NCBI GenBank assembly: GCA_965246715.1
Contig: CBDFFH010000015.1
Span: forward strand, 160,001 to 224,000
DNA: 64,000 nucleotides
Direction of reading: 5' to 3'
Source: Chamaesiphon sp.
GTDB lineage: Bacteria > Cyanobacteriota > Cyanobacteriia > Cyanobacteriales > Chamaesiphonaceae
The notes under the pieces: generated by a model
What the model saw: only the letters and a program-made list of their open reading frames with translations
Told to the model about the DNA's origin: nothing
The model's database searches: none
Program-made: the position numbers and the translations under genes
Shown: piece after piece, positions 21,445-31,845 of the stretch
Numbering within the stretch: the stretch's first letter is position 1
How the letters are laid out: each line of letters begins with the position of its first letter

Positions 21445-21981
21445 ATGGTATCGACTTTAGAGCGTCGCAATACAACTACTCCGATAGGACAAGTGTTGCG
21501 GCTCCCGTGTAAATTCATTCAAGGCACTGCGACGATCGCCCCAGCGATTATCGATACGATCGCCAAAGAATTAGTAAATACAGGTAGAAATGTGTTGCCT
21601 GTGATGGTAGAAGATATCAAAACAGATAAGTATGCTGCTGTATTTAATCAGCAAATTTTATTAGCAGCAAAACAAGCAGGACTTGATTTTGTTTACTGCA
21701 TCGTCGTCGATCGAGAGATGACAGCTCAACTCAAAATCGAAGCTGGCAAAACGATTAAGGTGGATCTCAATCTAGCATCGGAAGCCGAATTAACCGCAGC
21801 ATTTGCAAATATTAAAGTGAATATCGCTGGTTTAACTAAAATCGAACCACAGACGATCGCAAAATCGATCGTTAGCTATCGTACTGGAAATCGGATTAAA
21901 GATCTGAATTTTTTAACAAAGTTAAAATGTGGGATTGGCAAAGCTAAATTACCACTATTAACCGATCGATTACGATTTTAA
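21445..21981 (+). CDS. Hypothetical protein, possible ParB-like N-terminus and helix-hairpin-helix C-terminus
   Basis: GAGG RBS; RNVLPVMV..KYAAV segment; KVDLNLAS...LKCGIGK resembles ComEA-type HhH. Confidence 0.6.
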   Translation: MVSTLERRNTTTPIGQVLRLPCKFIQGTATIAPAIIDTIAKELVNTGRNVLPVMVEDIKTDKYAAVFNQQILLAAKQAGLDFVYCIVVDREMTAQLKIEAGKTIKVDLNLASEAELTAAFANIKVNIAGLTKIEPQTIAKSIVSYRTGNRIKDLNFLTKLKCGIGKAKLPLLTDRLRF

Positions 21982-22301
21982 TTCAAACAGGGTCTACCCT
22001 ATTTCCCGTACATGTGAATTGTGGCTGCCGCGATCGACCGAATCATCGCCCATCAACACTAGCATCGAGTAAAGGCTACAATCGATCGCTCAAAATCTCG
22101 ACTGTAGGCGCAGCCATTGGCGCGCTCGCCAGTTTTTATTTATCCCCACTCAAGCTTTTGGGTATCGCTCAACCAGCGCCGGAGCCTTTGACCATTTTCG
22201 GTACGATCGGCGGCAGTGCGGCGGCTTGGAAGATGAATAAAAAAATGAAATCGATCGACAAAGTATCAGTTAAAAACTTTACTTTCTAAGCTTTTTCTTT
22301 A

Positions 22302-22335
22302 AATAGATACCACCTCGATCGAGGTGGTATCTATT
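22302..22335. repeat. Perfect 34-bp palindrome centred on CGATCG
   Basis: AATAGATACCACCTCGATCGAGGTGGTATCTATT is its own reverse complement. Confidence 0.85.
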
Positions 22336-22479
22336 GCTATTTAGTACCAATTTAACATCAGCATTCTTGCTGAGGGTGGATGAAGTCTCGCCTTGTTATA
22401 TTTGGTGAGGCTTCGACGGTTGGCAATTTTGGCTGGCGATCGCCAAAGATATATAAATAGTTAAAAGTCGTTTGTAGTT

Positions 22480-23499
22480 ATGATGTCACTGATTTTCGGC
22501 GCAGCTTCGATAATTACCGCTGGTGCTGGCGTTGTGTTGGGAGCAGATGGTATTTCCAAACTTGATGAAGCGAAGAAAATCGAGCAAGATGCGCGCAAGC
22601 GTTACGAACAAAAACGTGAATCGGTAGCACGATTATTCCACGCAACCCAAGAATTAGCTAAAGAATACGGACAGCTTCAAATCCAAGCGCATTTTCAAAC
22701 GATCGAACGTTTCGTTGCTTTTATCGATCGCATCGATCGCGCCCCCATCCACAATGTATCTAAGTTTTTAGCTGGAGTAGATCGAGTCTCACCACAACAA
22801 ATTCAACAATATCAAGCGATTTCATCTGAACTTAAACCGATCGCGACGAGCTGTTTGACAACAGTAACTATTGGCGATCCAACGGATTGGGCGCAGTTAA
22901 CACCAATGAAATTTTCAGGCAAGGCCGGCACCAGAACTGCGTTCGGCGGGTCGATCGATGCCATGACCCTCGGCTGGCTGGGCGGTGGCTCCTTGGCCGC
23001 AGCAGGCGGGACTGGTATGGCATTTGGATCGGTGCTGTTGGGTGGGTTTATCGCGGCACCAGTGCTGGCGATCGGTGGGTCGATCCTCGGCAGACGCGGT
23101 GGAAAATCGCTAGTAGAGTCCAATCACTATGAAGAGAGTGTTAATGCTGAAATTGCCAAACTTAATGCATTTGAGGATTTTCTCGGACACGTCCAGCGGC
23201 GAATTATCGAGTTAAAGCAGCTGGTTACCAACTTGAACGAGCGCGCGATTCAGAGTTTGACAGCGATCGAATCGCGAAATTTTAGCAACGAACGCGATGC
23301 CGAAAAATTACAACAAGTTACGCTATTAATTAAAACATTAGCGGAAGTAATGAAAACTCCTGTGTTGGAGGATAATGGCAATCGCGGTGGCGCAGTAGCC
23401 GTGCGAGAGCAGCAAGCGACAGCACCATTAAATGCGAAGTATTTACTATTTAGCAAGCCTACAGTTGCGAATGGTGAGCTGTCATTTGCGAGCTGCTAA
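22480..23499 (+). CDS. Coiled-coil protein with glycine-zipper hydrophobic hairpin
   Basis: TLGWLGGGSLAAAGG..G..VLLGG segment between helical regions. Confidence 0.7.
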   Translation: MMSLIFGAASIITAGAGVVLGADGISKLDEAKKIEQDARKRYEQKRESVARLFHATQELAKEYGQLQIQAHFQTIERFVAFIDRIDRAPIHNVSKFLAGVDRVSPQQIQQYQAISSELKPIATSCLTTVTIGDPTDWAQLTPMKFSGKAGTRTAFGGSIDAMTLGWLGGGSLAAAGGTGMAFGSVLLGGFIAAPVLAIGGSILGRRGGKSLVESNHYEESVNAEIAKLNAFEDFLGHVQRRIIELKQLVTNLNERAIQSLTAIESRNFSNERDAEKLQQVTLLIKTLAEVMKTPVLEDNGNRGGAVAVREQQATAPLNAKYLLFSKPTVANGELSFASC

Positions 23500-23567
23500 A
23501 CTCAGATCTCGATCTGTACTAGATAGCATTAGAGCTATAATCCAGTGACAGGGACAGATCGAGCATC

Positions 23568-24809
23568 ATGCTAAATAATTTATTCGATCGATCGACAAAT
23601 TTAGAACCACTGTCAATCGATCGACTCACCAGATATATCGAGCGAGCGCTAACTCAAACTCCCGAACTCCGGCAAGTCTGGGTCACTGGCGAAGTTTCGA
23701 GTGCCAATTTTCATCCTTCTGGCATCTACTTTACGCTCAAAGATCCCGTTGGCAAAGCCACACTCCCCAGCGTGGTGTGGAAGGATCGGATTCGGGATCT
23801 CGAAACCAAACCTCAAGTCGGCACCCAGGTATGTGCGTTGGGGACGATCGTGGTATACGCACCACATGGCAAGTATCAGTTTCAAGTTCAGCAAGTTTTA
23901 CCGCTCGGGGAAGGCTTACAAGCACTCCGCTATCAAAAATTGCGGCAACGACTCACCGCTGAGGGTTTATTCGATCTCGATCGCAAACAAGTACTGCCTA
24001 ATTATCCCCACAGGATCGCAGTGATTACATCGCCTACCGCCGCCGCTTGGGGCGATATTCAACGGACGATTTTGTCCCGTTATCCAGGGCTATTAGTATT
24101 GCTATCGCCAGCTACAGTTCAAGGTGAGACGGCACCATCTTCGATCGTGCGGGCGATCGATCGAGTCATCCTCGACGCGCGCGCTGAAGTCTTGATTATC
24201 GCTAGAGGTGGCGGCGCGACCGAAGATTTAAGCTGTTTTAATGATGAAACGGTCGTGCGCACGATCGCAGCATGTTCGATCCCAGTGGTCACCGGCATCG
24301 GCCACGAGCGCGACGAATCACTAGCAGATTTGGCCGCAGATGTCCGCGCATCGACACCTACCGCCGCCGCTGTGCTAGTCGTACCTAATTTAGCCGATCT
24401 CGTTGCCGATCGATCGGTGTTAGTCGATCGGCTCGATACCGCAATCGATCGGGTGCTAGTTGTGCGCCAGCATCAATTAACTCAATTACGGACGCGATTC
24501 GAGCGCGTTCGACCCGATCGACAATTAGCCTTGGAACGCGAGCGATTGGCACAGCTGAGCCACCGATTGCACCGTGCGATTTCTGCTCGCCTACAAACGG
24601 CGCAACAAGAGCGATTGCGACTGCGAGAACGCGCTCAGGCACTCGATCCGCGCTCGATCTTACGACGAGGTTATGCAGTGGTACGGCAAGCAAATGGCGC
24701 GATCGTGCGGGAAAGCGATCGTTTAAGATTAGGAGAAGAGTTGGTAATTCAACTCGATCGGGGTCAAGTTGGGGTGCGCGTACTGGAGATCGACAATGGC
24801 AAAGAGTAA
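23568..24809 (+). CDS. xseA: Exodeoxyribonuclease VII large subunit
   Basis: WVTGEVS, RGGG, GIGHERD, RGY motifs. Confidence 0.95.
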   Translation: MLNNLFDRSTNLEPLSIDRLTRYIERALTQTPELRQVWVTGEVSSANFHPSGIYFTLKDPVGKATLPSVVWKDRIRDLETKPQVGTQVCALGTIVVYAPHGKYQFQVQQVLPLGEGLQALRYQKLRQRLTAEGLFDLDRKQVLPNYPHRIAVITSPTAAAWGDIQRTILSRYPGLLVLLSPATVQGETAPSSIVRAIDRVILDARAEVLIIARGGGATEDLSCFNDETVVRTIAACSIPVVTGIGHERDESLADLAADVRASTPTAAAVLVVPNLADLVADRSVLVDRLDTAIDRVLVVRQHQLTQLRTRFERVRPDRQLALERERLAQLSHRLHRAISARLQTAQQERLRLRERAQALDPRSILRRGYAVVRQANGAIVRESDRLRLGEELVIQLDRGQVGVRVLEIDNGKE

Positions 24810-25074
24810 GGTTAAACAGCCGAGCGCAGATTGGAAATACGAGGAGATCGTCGATCGGGTCGAGGAAATTTTAGATGCGATCGAAGGCGGTGAGTTGGAA
24901 TTGGCAGAAGTATTCGATCGGTTTGCGGTGGGGGTAGATTATCTCCAACAATGCGATCGCTTTTTAGCAGCGCAGCAAGAACGCGTAGAACTCTTGCTGG
25001 AAACACTAGGCGAAACCGATAGTTTGGCAGACTGGGAAATCGGGCGAGTCTTACCGCGACCGCCAGCAAGCTAG
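24796..25074 (+). CDS. xseB: Exodeoxyribonuclease VII small subunit
   Basis: ATG overlapping xseA end; YEE..IE.GELEL..F..G pattern. Confidence 0.88.
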   Translation: MAKSKVKQPSADWKYEEIVDRVEEILDAIEGGELELAEVFDRFAVGVDYLQQCDRFLAAQQERVELLLETLGETDSLADWEIGRVLPRPPAS

Positions 25075-25248
25075 ATCGGCTGATTTACACGATCGTGGCC
25101 AAATATTCGATATTCGATAAAAGGGCTAAGGAAATTACCTGAAATTACTGTGTAAGTCAGCAGTGATGTTTGACTGAGAGCTTAGCTAGTTATACACTCT
25201 AGATTATGGCTTAATTCTTACACAGCCTAGCACAAAATCGATTTATTT

Positions 25249-26223
25249 ATGAGCGATCTACCAGTCGAGCAGTCCGAAGATAAGGGCGCGAAGACGCGAC
25301 AGATGTTGGGGATGAAGGGAGCTTCGACTGAAGCCACTTCGATCTGGAAGATTCGCTTGCAGTTAATGAAACCAATTACTTGGATTCCCTTGATGTGGGG
25401 AGTTGTCTGCGGCGCGGCTTCGTCAGGTGCTTATACATGGTCGATCGAAAACTTTTTCAAAGCATTGCTATGTATGCTGATGTCGGGGCCATTCCTAACT
25501 GGTTATACTCAGGTCGTCAATGAATTCTACGATCGCGAGATCGATGCAGTAAACGAACCCTATCGTCCGATTCCCTCGGGCGCGATTTCGCTATTCCAAG
25601 TGAAAGTACAGATTTTTGTCCTCTTGGCTGGCGGGATTGGCATCTCTTATTTACTCGATCGAGCCGCAAATCATGATTTCCCAATTATGACTTGTTTGGC
25701 GATCGGGGGTGCGTTCGTCGCTTATATATATTCCGCACCGCCACTGAAGTTAAAACAAAATGGGTGGTTGGGTACTTATGCGCTGGGTGCGAGTTATATC
25801 GCTTTACCTTGGTGGGCTGGACACGCTTTATTTGGAACACTCAATTGGACATTGATTGCTGTAACTTTATTTTATAGTTTGGCCGGATTGGGGATTGCGA
25901 TCGTCAATGATTTTAAGAGTGTTGAAGGCGATCGTCAATTTGGTCTAAAATCCATGCCAGTGATGTTTGGAGTTGATAAAGCTGCCTGGATTTGCGTATT
26001 GGCGATCGATATTTTTCAAGCTGGAATTGCTGTCTATCTAACCACCATTCACCAAAATCTTTATGCCGCAATTTTGGGGCTATTGATTATCCCGCAGATT
26101 ACGTTTCAAGATATGTATTTCCTGCGCGATCCACTCAAAAATGATGTCAAGTATCAAGCCAGCGCTCAACCTTTTCTAGTATTAGGGATGCTGGTCGCGG
26201 GTCTGGCGATCGGTCATGCTTGA
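25249..26223 (+). CDS. chlG: Chlorophyll synthase
   Basis: LMKPITWIP, DREIDAVNEPYRPIPSG, NDFKSVEGD. Confidence 0.96.
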   Translation: MSDLPVEQSEDKGAKTRQMLGMKGASTEATSIWKIRLQLMKPITWIPLMWGVVCGAASSGAYTWSIENFFKALLCMLMSGPFLTGYTQVVNEFYDREIDAVNEPYRPIPSGAISLFQVKVQIFVLLAGGIGISYLLDRAANHDFPIMTCLAIGGAFVAYIYSAPPLKLKQNGWLGTYALGASYIALPWWAGHALFGTLNWTLIAVTLFYSLAGLGIAIVNDFKSVEGDRQFGLKSMPVMFGVDKAAWICVLAIDIFQAGIAVYLTTIHQNLYAAILGLLIIPQITFQDMYFLRDPLKNDVKYQASAQPFLVLGMLVAGLAIGHA

Positions 26224-26352
26224 TACTCGATCGAAGCTTAAGATCTTAGAACCTATTTGAGATCTATCATTCTATAGGCAAGCGATCTTCTTAGGACTTA
26301 TTTTGGCGTGTAGTGGGACTGTGTATTTAGCTCTGGCGGAAAGCTCGCTCTA

Positions 26353-27402
26353 TCAGGGGCGCGCTTCAAGAACAAGATTAAACGGTGTTTCTGCAACGCG
26401 GTTGAGATGGCGGAAACCAGCACCGTCCACAATTGCTTCCCTGAGACGTTTTTCTCCTGCTTGGGCACCGAGAGCAGCACCATTTTCCTGAGCCAATGAA
26501 GTCGGGACGCAGACCATTGTTGACCCAGAGTAGTACAATCGGCCGATCGGATTGAGGTTGTCCGCCAAGCGATCGCCTGCCATAGGCTCGACAATCATGC
26601 ACGCGCCATTCTCGTCAAGCAATTGGCGGATGTGCTTCATTGCTCCAACCGGGTCTCCCATGTCGTGCAGGCAGTCGAAAATTGTTACCAAGTCATAATG
26701 ACCAGGGAGTTCCTTGGCCAGACTAACCTCAAATCTAATATTGGTCAGGCTATGAGCGGCTGCATGAGTGCGCGCTGCGTCAATTGAGGGCTGGTGAAAA
26801 TCAAAGCCGACAAATTCCGAGTTTGGAAATGCCTGAGCCATAATTGTTGTGGTAATTCCGTGCCCGCAACCCACATCAGCAACTCTCGCTCCCTGCCCCA
26901 GTTTTTCAACCATACCGCCCAGGGCAGGCAGCCACGACTGAACTAAATTGTTCTGATAGCCGGGGCGAAAGAACTTTGCAACAGCGCAGGAAAGGCATTG
27001 GGTTTGTTCTCCCCAAGGAATTCCAGCCCCAGTCTTGAATGCTTCGCGCACCTGCGGCTCGTTTTGCTGGAACGTGGCAGCAACTCCAAAGGCCGGAGCT
27101 AGGTAGAACGGACTATCTCGATCGGCTAGCAAAAGTGCTTGTTCGGGAGTCATCCAGAACTTCTCGGTGTCCGCGTCGTAGGAAATATAGTTTGAGGCGG
27201 CTTGAGCGCTAAGCCATTCTCTCATGTAGCGTTCGGCAACACCCGTCGATTGAGCGATTTCTGTTACTGTGCTAGGACCAGCATCGTTGAGGGCTTCATA
27301 GAGTCCAAGATGCTCCCCAATTTGCACAAGAGGCACGCTAAATGCTCCGCCTAGGTCTTGAAGGAATTGTCCGACCAATGAATTTAGTTTATTCTCGTCC
27401 AT
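26353..27402 (-). CDS. Class I SAM-dependent methyltransferase with N-terminal winged helix
   Basis: DVGCGHG, DCLHDMGDP, GAQAGE motifs. Confidence 0.9.
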   Translation of the reverse strand: MDENKLNSLVGQFLQDLGGAFSVPLVQIGEHLGLYEALNDAGPSTVTEIAQSTGVAERYMREWLSAQAASNYISYDADTEKFWMTPEQALLLADRDSPFYLAPAFGVAATFQQNEPQVREAFKTGAGIPWGEQTQCLSCAVAKFFRPGYQNNLVQSWLPALGGMVEKLGQGARVADVGCGHGITTTIMAQAFPNSEFVGFDFHQPSIDAARTHAAAHSLTNIRFEVSLAKELPGHYDLVTIFDCLHDMGDPVGAMKHIRQLLDENGACMIVEPMAGDRLADNLNPIGRLYYSGSTMVCVPTSLAQENGAALGAQAGEKRLREAIVDGAGFRHLNRVAETPFNLVLEARP

Positions 27403-27575
27403 AATGCTATTCCTCTACTTCATCAATCGAGAGACTATCAGACAACCGGCCTCGGCATGGACTAAGGACTTAATATCGTAAGCTAATTGCTCCCAACTAT
27501 TACCCTTCTTCAACCAGTCTTCAGCTTCCGGAATATCTGGAGTAATACAGGCGACAGCCCTGAACCACGTCACGA

Positions 27576-27866
27576 TTAGGTGTTCTCCACGAGTGTGGCA
27601 ATCTCCACGAACTCGACACTAGGGCGCACACAGTAAAGACCGGACACCCGATCGAGTAACTCATCAGTGAAGAAAGCTTTGGCCGTGTCCTCTGAATCCC
27701 AAACGTAGAAGTTCACGGCCTCACGCTTTCCGGAATTGAGCGTGAAGGCCTTTGAGCGTAGCCCCAGCATTCCTTCAAACCTTACGCGTGCGGTCTCAGC
27801 GATCTTCCGCACGGCTTGCTCGTCGAAATTGTCTCCATAGCGGAACGTCACGAATACACCAATCAT
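27576..27866 (-). CDS. YdhR-like dimeric alpha-beta barrel (putative monooxygenase)
   Basis: GLRSKAF...NFYVWDSE pattern; AGGAG RBS. Confidence 0.65.
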   Translation of the reverse strand: MIGVFVTFRYGDNFDEQAVRKIAETARVRFEGMLGLRSKAFTLNSGKREAVNFYVWDSEDTAKAFFTDELLDRVSGLYCVRPSVEFVEIATLVENT

Positions 27867-28269
27867 GTCGCACTCCTTTCAATGTAGTTGTTCAGGTCAC
27901 CACGTCTGCCCTGCCGCCTAACTTTCCGCATATCTCCCAGCAAATAGGGGTGTTAGCCCGACAATTATCGGTGTGATACCCCAGATTGGGTATTTAGGTG
28001 GATAAGATTCAGTCTAATCGCGCGATAAAATTATTTTGTCGAATTTAGTATTGTTTGTAACTATATTTAATGTATTTTCATTAATGATGCGGAAAGAACA
28101 GCCAATGCAGAAGTTGCTCGCTCGAAGCTATTCGCCTCACGCATGATTTAGATCGAACACATCAAAGATCTCAAATGGGTTATGTAGATCTATCGACCTC
28201 ACATAGGGGTGTACTTGTGGGTATCCGTAGCCGTGTCGGATACCCACAAGTATCACCCCTGCTTTAATT

Positions 28270-28578
28270 TTATAACAACCATTCTGAAGCTCGATCGCCT
28301 AAATCGAGCAATATGCTGACAGCCTTGCCCAGTCGAGGTTTTTCCGTGGTTTTATCGATAAATTTTTGGACTTGTCCGACACCGCCCATCGCGGCTAAAT
28401 AAGCACCAATTGTATCTAAATGAGCGAGATAATCTGTTTCTGAAAGCGGGAAAGAAGCTTGTTCTTGAAACTTCCACATCACTTGGAGATAGATCTTATT
28501 CGGAGCCTTGCGGATCTGGACATCATACGAATATCCCCATTTATTAACTATAATTTCTCTAAGTTCTTGTCCGGTCAT
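28270..28578 (-). CDS. DUF3067 family protein
   Basis: KWGYSYDVQ...QVMWK..EQASFPL. Confidence 0.85.
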   Translation of the reverse strand: MTGQELREIIVNKWGYSYDVQIRKAPNKIYLQVMWKFQEQASFPLSETDYLAHLDTIGAYLAAMGGVGQVQKFIDKTTEKPRLGKAVSILLDLGDRASEWLL

Positions 28579-28659
28579 AGGATAGGGGATAGGGAATAGG
28601 GAATAGGGGATAGTAAAAAGTGAGCTAAAGCTTAATACTAATAATTACAGAACAAATAA

Positions 28660-29559
28660 TTAACTAATTTTCAATTCACCAGTGTTGCCATCTAAAATGG
28701 CTGTGACTCCGACGGGAAGTGCCGCATTACAGCCATCATGACCGAAGGGGAGATTGGCAACGATCGGGATGTTGAGATCTGTCAATCGATCGCGTAATAC
28801 TTCTTCTACTGTAAAGCTCAAACTCCCGGCTGGGGGATCGCATTGACTGAATCGACCGATCGCGATGCCTGCTACTTTTGATAAGATCCCCGTCAATCGC
28901 CAGTGTGTCAGCAGTCGATCGATCCGATATGGAGCTTCGGTAACATCTTCGATTGCCAAAATTACACCTGCTAAATCTGGCTGAATCGGCGTACTGAGGA
29001 GATGAGTCGCCACAGTTAGATTGCACGGTAACAATCTCCCCGTTGCCACGCCAGGCACCCAACTATCACCCTGAAGTGGTGGAAGCGATTTACCAGCGAC
29101 GAGATCGAATAACCGATCGCGCGACCAGTCTGGTTCGTCGGCTAAAGTAGTAAGTAATGGCCCATGGATACCGCCACCGATCTGATGTCGAGCTTGACTC
29201 CACAACAGCGCGGTAATATCAGAAAAGCCAATCAGCCATTTGGGTGTAGCTAGTGGCGGCCACTGCCAATCTTCTAATAACCGCATCCCGCCATAACCGC
29301 CGCGCACGCACAAAATCGCCCGACATTCGGGATCTGCCCACGTTGCTGCCAATTGGTGGCGACGAAATAAATCTTTACCCGCTAGATAGCCCCAGCCCGT
29401 CATTACATCCCCTAGTACCTCCACGCGATAGCCGCGATCGCGCCAAAGTTCGATGCCACGATCGAGCGCCGTTCGAGATGGTACTCTGCCACTAGGTGCG
29501 ATTACGCACAGTAAATCTCCTGATTTTAAGGGTGGGGGTGTTTGAAAAGGGTGAATCAT
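28660..29559 (-). CDS. LD-carboxypeptidase (peptidase S66)
   Basis: RGGYG, GFSDIT, EDV.E, FGH motifs. Confidence 0.92.
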   Translation of the reverse strand: MIHPFQTPPPLKSGDLLCVIAPSGRVPSRTALDRGIELWRDRGYRVEVLGDVMTGWGYLAGKDLFRRHQLAATWADPECRAILCVRGGYGGMRLLEDWQWPPLATPKWLIGFSDITALLWSQARHQIGGGIHGPLLTTLADEPDWSRDRLFDLVAGKSLPPLQGDSWVPGVATGRLLPCNLTVATHLLSTPIQPDLAGVILAIEDVTEAPYRIDRLLTHWRLTGILSKVAGIAIGRFSQCDPPAGSLSFTVEEVLRDRLTDLNIPIVANLPFGHDGCNAALPVGVTAILDGNTGELKIS

Positions 29560-29818
29560 GGGTATTTATAAGAATAAGCGGATTTATTTCTGATTACAAT
29601 GTAAAGACGGATCGCGAACGCGTAAACGACAAGCTAAAATTTGGATGGATTACCGATCGCTGTGTGAAAATTCCGGTTTCAAAAGCATAACAATCATTGC
29701 GTTACTACTATGATTAGTAGTCCGAGTTGATTAAATTTTCGATCGATCCACCTCAAGCATTACACCCGATCTGCCATCATAGCTTATGCTATAGGCTGCC
29801 TGGAGCAACTCGAACCCC

Positions 29819-31777
29819 ATGACTAATCACCTCGCGGCCAAAATTGTCTGTCAAAATCCTGAATGCCAAGCTCCCAATCCAGTGAGCCACAATTTTTGTG
29901 CTCATTGTCGCACGGCAATACCTAAAGTTTATTTATGGGTCGTAGGCGAGGATGCCCAGAGTTTAAAAATCGGTCAGACACTAGCCAACAATCGCTATTT
30001 AGTCGTTAACGATCGGGTGTTATTGGACACCAAACCAGGGTGGCAACCAGAATCTGTCGAACGTGTGCCCGAACAGATCGTGCCTTATTTAAGATCGATC
30101 GGTCATCGTCCGCATATCCCACAAGTTTATGGATCGATTACCTACAGTCGATCGGGACGACGCTCCACCACCTTATGGTTGCTAGAAAAAGCACCCATTT
30201 ATAGTGAGGGTTTGGGTGCAGCCTTGGCGGGGAAACTCATGCCCGAAATCAGTGAAGGTTGGAAGGGAGCTGGCTCGATGCGCCAACTTAATTGGTTGTG
30301 GCAAATGGCTAATCTATGGGATCCATTACAAGTAGAAGGTGTGAATAAAACGCTGCTGCATCCCGAATTATTACGGGTTGAAGGTGGGTTATTGCGGGCG
30401 GTCGAATTGATGCCCAATGGCGAAACCCCGCCCAAACTGGCCGACTTGGGCAAGTTGTGGAAAATGTGGCAAAAACAAGCCCGCATGGGCATCGCCCAGT
30501 CGCTGGAAAAAATATGTAACCAACTGATCGGGGGAGAAGTTACAACTGCGACACAGTTAATTTCGCTGTTCGATGAGGCACTGCGGACGGTTGGGCAAAA
30601 ACAATTTCTCAACTGTAACTATCTAACGCTCAGTCACAGTGGCCCCACGCGCGAGCAAAATGAAGATGCCTGTTATCCACCCAGTGGCGAACCCCTGTTC
30701 CAAAATACAGGCTACGACCTAAGTTTGGCGATCGTCTGCGATGGTGTCGGCGGCCATCAGGGTGGCGAAGTCGCATCCAATCTCGCGATCGATACCATTC
30801 GCCGCCGGATTGAAAACGTCCTCGACAAGCCCGAAAATCGTTATCCAGAAAGTATTGCCATTCAAATCGAAAACTCGACTTGTGTTGCCAACGACCAAAT
30901 AAGTCTTCGCAATGACAGTGAAAATCGCCACGAACGCGAGCGGATGGGAACGACAATGGTAATGAGCCTAATCTACGGACATGAGGCTTATATCGCCCAT
31001 ATCGGAGATAGTCGCTTGTACCGGATTACCCGCACGGGTTGCCATCAAATGACGCTCGACGATGACTTGGCAACTCGGGAAGTCCGGCTCAGCGGGATCT
31101 TGTATCGCGAAGCCCTTGGGTTGGCTAGTTCGGGTTCGCTATTTCAAGCTTTGGGAATGAATTCTTCAACTGCACTACATCCAAATATTCGCCGAACGAT
31201 CTTGGATGAAGAATGTATTTTTTTGCTATGTTCCGATGGTGTCAGCGATCGCGATCGGGTCGATCAGTACTGGCAATCAGAAATTCTTCCAGTCTTGGAA
31301 GGTAAGGTAGATTTGACTACCGCCTGCCAACGGATGATCAACATGGCAAATTCACGGAATGGGCATGACAACTCTACTGTCGCGCTCGTCCACTGTCAGG
31401 TGAAACAACCAGTCGAAGCAGGACAAACCACTACCTTACAAGACTTTGCGAGTACTGCCACCGCTGCATTCGATCGATCTTCTACGCTATTGCTCAGCAG
31501 TCCAGAAGTAGATCCCAGTGACACGCCGCTTTTGAAGAACAATGCAAATCGCGACTCGACCAAGTTGGGAGATAAGGGCCGTAAAAATCTGCTTCTCGGC
31601 GCGATCGGTTTAGTTTTATTAGTTGCGATCGGTGCTACAGGCTGGTTTGTGTCGCAAGGACAACCAACAGTCACACCATCGACCCCTACTCCAGACCATC
31701 CGAAGACAATCGCTCCCGACCATCCGATTAGCCCCGCTCCTGTTAACAGCCCGAGCCAACCGCCAACTGTAAATTAA
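29819..31777 (+). CDS. PP2C-family Ser/Thr phosphatase with N-terminal zinc ribbon and C-terminal membrane anchor
   Basis: Cys pairs at N-terminus; NED, DGVGGH, GTT, GDSR, SDG, DN motifs. Confidence 0.9.
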   Translation: MTNHLAAKIVCQNPECQAPNPVSHNFCAHCRTAIPKVYLWVVGEDAQSLKIGQTLANNRYLVVNDRVLLDTKPGWQPESVERVPEQIVPYLRSIGHRPHIPQVYGSITYSRSGRRSTTLWLLEKAPIYSEGLGAALAGKLMPEISEGWKGAGSMRQLNWLWQMANLWDPLQVEGVNKTLLHPELLRVEGGLLRAVELMPNGETPPKLADLGKLWKMWQKQARMGIAQSLEKICNQLIGGEVTTATQLISLFDEALRTVGQKQFLNCNYLTLSHSGPTREQNEDACYPPSGEPLFQNTGYDLSLAIVCDGVGGHQGGEVASNLAIDTIRRRIENVLDKPENRYPESIAIQIENSTCVANDQISLRNDSENRHERERMGTTMVMSLIYGHEAYIAHIGDSRLYRITRTGCHQMTLDDDLATREVRLSGILYREALGLASSGSLFQALGMNSSTALHPNIRRTILDEECIFLLCSDGVSDRDRVDQYWQSEILPVLEGKVDLTTACQRMINMANSRNGHDNSTVALVHCQVKQPVEAGQTTTLQDFASTATAAFDRSSTLLLSSPEVDPSDTPLLKNNANRDSTKLGDKGRKNLLLGAIGLVLLVAIGATGWFVSQGQPTVTPSTPTPDHPKTIAPDHPISPAPVNSPSQPPTVN

Positions 31778-31845
31778 CGTCAGTTCGGGATCGGGTTCTA
31801 TCGATCGGTCATCATCACGTCAGCAATTAGCGTAGAAAATCTAGA

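Noticed and set aside
22014..22289. 91-aa ORF
   Set aside because: Weak GTG start and no recognisable family; may be a remnant but cannot be supported.
23385..23415. Possible SDR-like insertion near the end of the glycine-zipper gene
   Set aside because: Only loose resemblance; no empty-site comparison is available in the window.
27912..27960. Integron attC site (GCCTAAC...GTTAGCC)
   Set aside because: Too short, no L-box pairing, upstream rather than downstream of the genes, and no integrase.
28578..28612. Heptamer tandem repeats (also ~760-785, ~55620-55645, ~55805-55823)
   Set aside because: Ordinary cyanobacterial STRR-type repeats, not novel.
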